DNA from: Auanema rhodensis
Taxonomy: Eukaryota > Animalia > Nematoda
Assembly: GCA_964057225.1 (NCBI GenBank)
Contig: CAXKVF010000073.1
Location: forward strand, 806,001 to 870,000
DNA: 64,000 nucleotides
Direction: 5' to 3'
Shown: in pieces, positions 1-10,500 of the stretch
Layout of the letters: each line of letters begins with the position of its first letter
Position numbering within the stretch: position 1 is the stretch's first letter
Notes under the pieces: generated by a model
Told to the model about the DNA's origin: nothing
The model's input: only the letters and a program-made list of their open reading frames with translations
The model's database searches: none
Position numbers and translations under genes: made by a program

Positions 1-56
1 TTTTAGACTAATATGGACATGGGGAATCTAATTTTGAAAACCGCATCTCTTTATCT

Positions 57-66
57 TTCACGTGAA
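57..66. other. Perfect 10-bp palindrome TTCACGTGAA containing an E-box/G-box (CACGTG); present in nearly every monomer
   Basis: Read directly. A second CACGTG lies at 91-96 and a degenerate TTCACGTAA at 122-130. Protein binding is not demonstrated. Confidence 0.85.
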
Positions 67-88
67 GCGAGTTACATACCAAGTGCAC

Positions 89-96
89 ATCACGTG
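89..96 (+). other. ATCACGTG, a match to the RTCACRTG bHLH site (budding-yeast CDEI consensus), within a run of 6-bp palindromes GTGCAC/CACGTG/TGTACA/TAATTA (83-108)
   Basis: Exact 8/8 match to RTCACRTG. Function is unsupported. Confidence 0.5.
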
Positions 97-139
97 TACA
101 TTTAATTAGCATAAATTAAAGTTCACGTAAAATTCAAAG

Positions 140-154
140 TCATGGTTACCATGA
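140..154. other. Interrupted palindrome (T)CATGGT-T-ACCATG(A) with 6-bp arms, or 7-bp arms with the 154A allele; present in nearly every monomer
   Basis: CATGGT (141-146) is the reverse complement of ACCATG (148-153). T140 pairs with position 154 only when that base is A. Confidence 0.85.
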
Positions 155-3100
155 ACCAATATCAATAAAAATTTGTTTTTAGACTAATATAGACATGGGG
201 AATCTAATTTTGAAAACCGCATCTCTTTATCTTTCACGTGAAGCGAGTTACATACCAAGTGCACATCACGTGTACATTTAATTAGCATAAATTAAAGTTC
301 ACGTAAATTTCAAAGTCATGGTTACCATGAACCAATATCAATAAAAATTTGTTTTTAGACTAATATGGACATGGGGAATCTAATTTTGAAAACCGCATCT
401 CTTTATCTTTCACGTGAAGCGAGTTACATACCAAGTGCACATCACGTGTACATTTAATTAGCATAAATTAAAGTTCACGTAAATTTCAAAGTCATGGTTA
501 CCATGCACCAATATCAATAAAAATTTGTTTTTAGACTAATATGGACATGGGGAATCTAATTTTGAAAACCGCATCTCTTTATCTTTCACGTGAAGCGAGT
601 TACATACCAAGTGCACATCACGTGTACATTTAATTAGCATAAATTAAAGTTCACGTAAAATTCAAAGTCATGGTTACCATGAACCAATATCAATAAAAAT
701 TTGTTTTTAGACTAATATGGACATGGGGAATCTAATTTTGAAAACCGCATCTCTTTATCTTTCACGTGAAGCGAGTTACATACCAAGTGCACATCACGTG
801 TACATTTAATTAGCATAAATTAAAGTTCACGTAAAATTCAAAGTCATGGTTACCATGCACCAATATCAATAAAAATTTGTTTTTAGACTAATATGGACAT
901 GGGGAATCTAATTTTGAAAACCGCATCTCTTTATCTTTCACGTGAAGCGAGTTACATACCAAGTGCACATCACGTGTACATTTAATTAGCATAAATTAAA
1001 GTTCACGTAAATTTCAAAGTCATGGTTACCATGCACCAATATCAATAAAAATTTGTTTTTAGACTAATATGGACATGGGGAATCTAATTTTGAAAACCGC
1101 ATCTCTTTATCTTTCACGTGAAGCGAGTTACATACCAAGTGCACATCACGTGTACATTTAATTAGCATAAATTAAAGTTCACGTAAAATTCAAAGTCATG
1201 GTTACCATGAACCAATATCAATAAAAATTTGTTTTTAGACTAATATGGACATGGGGAATCTAATTTTGAAAACCGCATTTCTTTATCTTTCACGTGAAGC
1301 GAGTTACATACCAAGTGCACATCACGTGTACATTTAATTAGCATAAATTAAAGTTCACGTAAAATTCAAAGTCATGGTTACCATGCACCAATATCAATAA
1401 AAATTTGTTTTTAGACTAATATGGACATGGGGAATCTAATTTTGAAAACCGCATCTCTTTATCTTTCACGTGAAGCGAGTTACATACCAAGTGCACATCA
1501 CGTGTACATTTAATTAGCATAAATTAAAGTTCACGTAAATTTCAAAGTCATGGTTACCATGCACCAATATCAATAAAAATTTGTTTTTAGACTAATATGG
1601 ACATGGGGAATCTAATTTTGAAAACCGCATCTCTTTATCTTTCACGTGAAGCGAGTTACATACCAAGTGCACATCACGTGTACATTTAATTAGCATAAAT
1701 TAAAGTTCACGTAAATTTCAAAGTCATGGTTACCATGAACCAATATCAATAAAAATTTGTTTTTAGACTAATATGGACATGGGGAATCTAATTTTGAAAA
1801 CCGCATCTCTTTATCTTTCACGTGAAGCGAGTTACATACCATGTGCACATCACGTGTACATTTAATTAGCATAAATTAAAGTTCACGTAAATTTCAAAGT
1901 CATGGTTACCATGAAGCAATATCAATAAAAATTTGTTTTTAGACTAATATGGACATGGGGAATCTAATTTCAAAAACCGCATCTCTTTATCTTTCACGTG
2001 AAGCGAGTTACATACCATGTGCACATCACGTGTACATTTAATTAGCATAAATTAAAGTTCACGTAAATTTCAAAGTCATGGTTACCATGAAGCAATATCA
2101 ATAAAAATTTGTTTTTAGACTAATATGGACATGGGGAATCTAATTTTGAAAACCGCATCTCTTTATCTTTCACGTGAAGCGAGTTACATACCAAGTGCAC
2201 ATCACGTGTACATTTAATTAGCATAAATTAAAGTTCACGTAAATTTCAAAGTCATGGTTACCATGAAGCAATATCAATAAAAATTTGTTTTTAGACTAAT
2301 ATGGACATGGGGAATCTAATTTTGAAAACCGCATCTCTTTATCTTTCACGTGAAGCGAGTTACATACCATGTGCACATCACGTGTACATTTAATTAGCAT
2401 AAATTAAAGTTCACGTAAATTTCAAAGTCATGGTTACCATGAAGCAATATCAATAAAAATTTGTTTTTAGACTAATATGGACATGGGGAATCTAATTTTG
2501 AAAACCGCATCTCTTTATCTTTCACGTGAAGCGAGTTACATACCATGTGCACATCACGTGTACATTTAATTAGCATAAATTAAAGTTCACGTAAATTTCA
2601 AAGTCATGGTTACCATGAACCAATATCAATAAAAATTTGTTTTTAGACTAATATGGACATGGGGAATCTAATTTTGAAAACCGCATCTCTTTATCTTTCA
2701 CGTGAAGCGAGTTACATACCAAGTGCACATCACGTGTACATTTAATTAGCATAAATTAAAGTTCACGTAAATTTCAAAGTCATGGTTACCATGCACCAAT
2801 ATCAATAAAAATTTGTTTTTTAGACTAATATGGACATGGGGAATCTAATTTTGAAAACCGCATCTCTTTATCTTTCACGTGAAGCGAGTTACATACCAAG
2901 TGCACATCACGTGTACATTTAATTAGCATAAATTAAAGTTCACGTAAATTTCAAAGTCATGGTTACCATGCACCAATATCAATAAAAATTTGTTTTTAGA
3001 CTAATATGGACATGGGGAATCTAATTTTGAAAACCGCATCTCTTTATCTTTCACGTGAAGCGAGTTACATACCAAGTGCACATCACGTGTACATTTAATT

Positions 3101-3873
3101 AGCATAAATTAAAGTTCACGTAAATTTCAAAGTCATGGTTACCATGAACCAATATCAATAAAAATTTGTTTTTAGACTAATATGGACATGGGGAATCTAA
3201 TTTTGAAAACCGCATCTCTTTATCTTTCACGTGAAGCGAGTTACATACCAAGTGCACATCACGTGTACATTTAATTAGCATAAATTAAAGTTCACGTAAA
3301 TTTCAAAGTCATGGTTACCATGAACCAATATCAATAAAAATTTGTTTTTAGACTAATATGGACATGGGGAATCTAATTTTGAAAACCGCATCTCTTTATC
3401 TTTCACGTGAAGCGAGTTACATACCAAGTGCACATCACGTGTACATTTAATTAGCATAAATTAAAGTTCACGTAAATTTCAAAGTCATGGTTACCATGCA
3501 CCAATATCAATAAAAATTTGTTTTTAGACTAATATGGACATGGGGAATCTAATTTTGAAAACCGCATCTCTTTATCTTTCACGTGAAGCGAGTTACATAC
3601 CAAGTGCACATCACGTGTACATTTAATTAGCATAAATTAAAGTTCACGTAAATTTCAAAGTCATGGTTACCATGAACCAATATCAATAAAAATTTGTTTT
3701 TAGACTAATATGGACATGGGGAATCTAATTTTGAAAACCGCATCTCTTCATCTTTCACGTGAAGCGAGTTACATACCAAGTGCACATCACGTGTACATTT
3801 AATTAGCATAAATTAAAGTTCACGTAAATTTCAAAGTCATGGTTACCATGCACCAATATCAATAAAAATTTGT

Positions 3874-4929
3874 TTTTAGACTAATATGGACATGGGGAAT
3901 CTAATTTTGAAAACCGCATCTCTTCATCTTTTACGTGAAGCGAGTTACATACCAAGTGCACATCACGTGTACATTTAATGAGCATAAATTAAAGTTCACG
4001 TAAATTTCAAAGTCATGGTTACCATGAACTAATATCAATAAAAATTTGTTTTTAGACTAATATGGACATGGGGAATCTAATTTTGAAAACCGCATCTCTT
4101 TATCTTTCACGTGAAGCGAGTTACATACCAAGTGCACATCACGTGTACATTTAATTAGCATAAATTAAAGTTCACGTAAATTTCAAAGTCATGGTTACCA
4201 TGAACCAATATCAATAAAAATTTGTTTTAAGACTAATATGGACATGGGGAATCTAATTTTGAAAACCGCATCTCTTTATCTTTCACGTGAAGCGAGTTAC
4301 ATACCAAGTGCACATCACGTGTACATTTAATTAGCATAAATTAAAGTTCACGTAAATTTCAAAGTCATGGTTACCATGAACCAATATCAATAAAAATTTG
4401 TTTTTAGACTAATATGGACATGGGGAATCTAATTTTGAAAACCGCATCTCTTCATCTTTTACGTGAAGCGAGTTACATACCAAGTGCACATCACGTGTAC
4501 ATTTAATGAGCATAAATTAAAGTTCACGTAAATTTCAAAGTCATGGTTACCATGAACTAATATCAATAAAAATTTGTTTTTAGACTAATATGGACATGGG
4601 GAATCTAATTTTAAAAACCGCATCTCTTTATCTTTCACGTGAAGCGAGTTACATACCAAGTGCACATCACGTGTACATTTAATTAGCATAAATTAAAGTT
4701 CACGTAAATTTCAAAGTCATGGTTACCATGAACCAATATCAATAAAAATTTGTTTTAAGACTAATATGGACATGGGGAATCTAATTTTGAAAACCGCATC
4801 TCTTTATCTTTCACGTGAAGCGAGTTACATACCAAGTGCACATCACGTGTACATTTAATTAGCATAAATTAAAGTTCACGTAAATTTCAAAGTCATGGTT
4901 ACCATGAACCAATATCAATAAAAATTTGT
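3874..4929 (+). repeat. Tandem 3-monomer (528-bp) duplication
   Basis: The monomer carrying 52C+59T+107G+157T occurs at 3874 and 4402. The 4A monomer occurs at 4226 and 4754. Confidence 0.8.
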
Positions 4930-7569
4930 TTTTAGACTAATATGGACATGGGGAATCTAATTTTGAAAACCGCATCTCTTTATCTTTCACGTGAAGCGAG
5001 TTACATACCAAGTGCACATTACGTGTACATTTAATTAGCATAAATTAAAGTTCACGTAAATTTCAAAGTCATGGTTACCATGCACCAATATCAATAAAAT
5101 TTTGTTTTTAGACTAATATGGACATGGGGAATCTAATTTTGAAAACCGCATCTCTTTATCTTTCACGTGAAGCGAGTTACATACCAAGTGCACATCACGT
5201 GTACATTTAATTAGCATAAATTAAAGTTCACGTAAATTTCAAAGTCATGGTTACCATGAACCAATATCAATAAAAATTTGTTTTTAGACTAATATGGACA
5301 TGGGGAATCTAATTTTGAAAACCGCATCTCTTTATCTTTCACGTGAAGCGAGTTACATACCAAGTGCACATCACGTGTACATTTAATTAGCATAAATTAA
5401 AGTTCACGTAAATTTCAAAGTCATGGTTACCATGAACCAATATCAATAAAAATTTGTTTTTAGACTAATATGGACATGGGGAATCTAATTTTGAAAACCG
5501 CATCTCTTTATCTTTCACGTGAAGCGAGTTACATACCAAGTGCACATCACGTGTACATTTAATTAGCATAAATTAAAGTTCACGTAAATTTCAAAGTCAT
5601 GGTTACCATGCACCAATATCAATAAAAATTTGTTTTTAGACTAATATGGACATGGGGAATCTAATTTTGAAAACCGCATCTCTTTATCTTTCACGTGAAG
5701 CGAGTTACATACCAAGTGCACATCACGTGTACATTTAATTAGCATAAATTAAAGTTCACGTAAATTTCAAAGTCATGGTTACCATGAACCAATATCAATA
5801 AAAATTTGTTTTTAGACTAATATGGACATGGGGAATCTAATTTTGAAAACCGCATCTCTTTATCTTTCACGTGAAGCGAGTTACATACCAAGAGCACATC
5901 ACGTGTACATTTAATTAGCATAAATTAAAGTTCACGTAAATTTCAAAGTCATGGTTACCATGAACCAATATCAATAAAAATTTGTTTTAAGACTAATATG
6001 GACATGGGGAATCTAATTTTGAAAACCGCATCTCTTTATCTTTCACGTGAAGCGAGTTACATACCAAGTGCACATCACGTGTACATTTAATTAGCATAAA
6101 TTAAAGTTCACGTAAATTTCAAAGTCATGGTTACCATGAACCAATATCAATAAAAATTTGTTTTAAGACTAATATGGACATGGGGAATCTAATTTTGAAA
6201 ACCGCATCTCTTTATCTTTCACGTGAAGCGAGTTACATACCAAGTGCACATCACGTGTACATTTAATTAGCATAAATTAAAGTTCACGTAAATTTCAAAG
6301 TCATGGTTACCATGAACCAATATCAATAAAAATTTGTTTTTAGACTAATATGGACATGGGGAATCTAATTTTAAAAACCGCATCTCTTTATCTTTCACGT
6401 GAAGCGAGTTACATACCAAGTGCACATCACGTGTACATTTAATTAGCATAAATTAAAGTTCACGTAAATTTCAAAGTCATGGTTACCATGCACCAATATC
6501 AATAAAAATTTGTTTTTAGACTAATATGGACATGGGGAATCTAATTTTGAAAACCGCATCTCTTTATCTTTCACGTGAAGCGAGTTACATACCTAGTGCA
6601 CATCACGTGTACATTTAATTAGCATAAATTAAAGTTCACGTAAATTTCAAAGTCATAGTTACCATGAACCAATATCAATAAAAATTTGTTTTTAGACTAA
6701 TATGGACATGGGGAATCTAATTTTGAAAACCGCATCTCTTTATCTTTCACGTGAAGCGAGTTACATACCAAGTGCACATCACGTGTACATTTAATTAGCA
6801 TAAATTAAAGTTCACGTAAATTTCAAAGTCATGGTTACCATGAACCAATATCAATAAAAATTTGTTTTTAGACTAATATGGACATGGGGAATCTAATTTT
6901 GAAAACCGCATCTCTTTATCTTTCACGTGAAGCGAGTTACATACCAAGTGCACATCACGTGTACATTTAATTAGCATAAATTAAAGTTCACGTAAATTTC
7001 AAAGTCATGGTTACCATGCACCAATATCAATAAAAATTTGTTTTTAGACTAATATGGACATGGGGAATCTAATTTTGAAAACCGCATCTCTTTATCTTTC
7101 ACGTGAAGCGAGTTACATACCAAGTGCACATCACGTGTACATTTAATTAGCATAAATTAAAGTTCACGTAAATTTCAAAGTCATGGTTACCATGAACCAA
7201 TATCAATAAAAATTTGTTTTTAAACTAATATGGACATGGGGAATCTAATTTTGAAAACCGCATCTCTTTATCTTTCACGTGAAGCGAGTTACATACCAAG
7301 TGCACATCACGTGTACATTTAATTAGCATAAATTAAAGTTCACGTAAATTTCAAAGTCATGGTTACCATGAACCAATATCAATAAAAATTTGTTTTTAGA
7401 CTAATATGGACATGGGAAATCTAATTTTGAAAACCGCATCTCTTTATCTTTCACGTGAAGCGAGTTACATACCAAGTGCACATCACGTGTACATTTAATT
7501 AGCATAAATTAAAGTTCACGTAAATTTCAAAGTCATGGTTACCATGAACCAATATCAATAAAAATTTGT

Positions 7570-10500
7570 TTTTAGACTAATATGGACATGGGGAATCTAA
7601 TTTTGAAAACCGCATCTCTTTATCTTTCACGTGAAGCGAGTTACATACCAAGTGCACATCACGTGTACATTTAATTAGCATGAATTAAAGTTCACGTAAA
7701 TTTCAAAGTCATGGTTACCATGCACCAATATCAATAAAATTTTGTTTTTAGACTAATATGGACATGGGGAATCTAATTTTGAAAACAGCATCTCTTCATC
7801 TTTCACGTGAAGCGAGTTACATACCAAGTGCACATCACGTGTACATTTAATTAGCATAAATTAAAGTTCACGTAAATTTCAAAGTCATGGTTACCATGCA
7901 CCAATATCAATAAAAATTTGTTTTTAGACTAATATGGACATGGGGAATCTAATTTTGAAAACCGCATCTCTTTATCTTTCACGTGAAGCGAGTTACATAC
8001 CAAGTGCACATCACGTGTACATTTAATTAGCATAAATTAAAGTTCACGTAAATTTCAAAGTCATGGTTACCATGCACCAATATCAATAAAAATTTGTTTT
8101 TAGACTAATATGGACATGGGGAATCTAATTTTGAAAACCGCATCTCTTTATCTTTCACGTGAAGCGAGTTACATACCAAGTGCACATCACGTGTACATTT
8201 AATTAGCATAAATTAAAGTTCACGTAAATTTCAAAGTCATGGTTACCATGAACCAATATCAATAAAAATTTGTTTTTAGACTAATATGGACATGAGGAAT
8301 CTAATTTTGAAAACCGCATCTCTTTATCTTTCACGTGAAGCAAGTTACATACCAAGTGCACATCACGTGTACATTTAATTAGCATAAATTAAAGTTCACG
8401 TAAATTTCAAAGTCATGGTTACCATGCACCAATATCAATAAAAATTTGTTTTTAGACTAATATGGACATGGGGAATCTAATTTTGAAAACCGCATCTCTT
8501 TATCTTTCACGTGAAGCGAGTTACATACCTAGTGCACATCACGTGTACATTTAATTAGCATAAATTAAAGTTCACGTAAATTTCAAAGTCATAGTTACCA
8601 TGAACCAATATCAATAAAAATTTGTTTTTAGACTAATATGGACATGGGGAATCTAATTTTGAAAACCGCATCTCTTTATCTTTCACGTGAAGCGAGTTAC
8701 ATACCAAGTGCACATCACGTGTACATTTAATTAGCATAAATTAAAGTTCACGTAAATTTCAAAGTCATGGTTACCATGAAGCAATATCAATAAAAATTTG
8801 TTTTTAGACTAATATGGACATGGGGAATCTAATTTTGAAAACCGCATCTCTTTATCTTTCACGTGAAGCGAGTTACATACCAAGTGCACATCACGTGTAC
8901 ATTTAATTAGCATAAATTAAAGTTCACGTAAATTTCAAAGTCATGGTTACCATGCACCAATATCAATAAAAATTTGTTTTTAGACTAATATGGACATGGG
9001 GGATCTAATTTTGAAAACCGCATCTCTTTATCTTTCACGTGAAGCGAGTTACATACCAAGTGCACATCACGTGTACATTTAATTAGCATAAATTAAAGTT
9101 CACGTAAATTTCAAAGTCATGGTTACCATGCACCAATATCAATAAAAATTTGTTTTTAGACTAATATGGACATGGGGAATCTAATTTTGAAAACCGCATC
9201 TCTTTATCTTTCACGTGAAGCGAGTTACATACCAAGTGCACATCACGTGTACATTTAATTAGCATAAATTAAAGTTCACGTAAATTTCAAAGTCATGGTT
9301 ACCATAAACCAATATCAATAAAAATTTGTTTTTAGACTAATATGGACATGGGGAATCTAATTTTGAAAACCGCATCTCTTTATCTTTCACGTGAAGCGAG
9401 TTACATACCAAGTGCACATCACGTGTACATTTAATTAGCATAAATTAAAGTTCACGTAAATTTCAAAGTCATGGTTACCATGCACCAATATCAATAAAAA
9501 TTTGTTTTTAGACTAATATGGACATGGGGAATCTAATTTTGAAAACCGCATCTCTTTATCTTTCACGTGAAGCGAGTTACATACCAAGTGCACATCACGT
9601 GTACATTTAATTAGCATAAATTAAAGTTCACGTAAATTTCAAAGTCATGGTTACCATGAACCAATATCAATAAAAATTTGTTTTTAGACTAATATGGACA
9701 TGGGGAATCTAATTTTGAAAACCGCATCTCTTTATCTTTCACGTGAAGCGAGTTACATACCAAGTGCACATCACGTGTACATTTAATTAGCATAAATTAA
9801 AGTTCACGTAAATTTCAAAGTCATGGTTACCATGAACCAATATCAATAAAAATTTGTTTTTAGACTAATATGGACATGAGGAATCTAATTTTGAAAACCG
9901 CATCTCTTTATCTTTCACGTGAAGCGAGTTACATACCAAGTGCACATCACGTGTACATTTAATTAGCATAAATTAAAGTTCACGTAAATTTCAAAGTCAT
10001 GGTTACCATGAACCAATATCAATAAAAATTTGTTTTTAGACTAATATGGACATGAGGAATCTAATTTTGAAAACCGCATCTCTTTATCTTTCACGTGAAG
10101 CGAGTTACATACCAAGTGCACATCACGTGTACATTTAATTAGCATAAATTAAAGTTCACGTAAATTTCAAAGTCATGGTTACCATGCACCAATATCAATA
10201 AAAATTTGTTTTTAGACTAATATGGACATGGGAAATCTAATTTTGAAAACCGCATCTCTTTATCTTTCACGTGAAGCGAGTTACATACCAAGTGCACATC
10301 ACGTGTACATTTAATTAGCATAAATTAAAGTTCACGTAAATTTCAAAGTCATGGTTACCATGAACCAATATCAATAAAAATTTGTTTTTAGACTAATATG
10401 GACATGGGGAATCTAATTTTGAAAACCGCATCTCTTTATCTTTCACGTGAAGCGAGTTACATACCAAGTGCACATCACGTGTACATTTAATTAGCATGAA

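Larger units (their letters stand above)
1..176 (+). repeat. Representative 176-bp monomer, which defines the monomer coordinates used below
   Basis: First full unit. It carries the local 132A variant and the 154A allele and otherwise equals the consensus. Each consensus monomer has two PmlI (CACGTG), one ApaLI (GTGCAC), one BsrGI (TGTACA) and one BstEII (GGTTACC) site. Confidence 0.97.

Noticed and set aside
164-169. AATAAA polyadenylation signal in each monomer
   Set aside because: Expected by chance in AT-rich DNA, and there is no transcription unit to associate it with.
1-176. Tandem RNA gene cluster (5S rRNA, tRNA, snRNA, SL RNA)
   Set aside because: I recognise no 5S sequence, pol III A/B/C boxes, cloverleaf or Sm-site context in this 68% AT monomer. 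An Rfam/Infernal scan would be the formal test.
89-190. Budding-yeast point-centromere layout (CDEI, AT-rich spacer, TGTTTTT start of CDEIII)
   Set aside because: ATCACGTG and a downstream TGTTTTT are present, but the spacer is far below the >90% AT of CDEII and the essential TTCCGAA core of CDEIII is absent. Point centromeres are also not tandemly arrayed.
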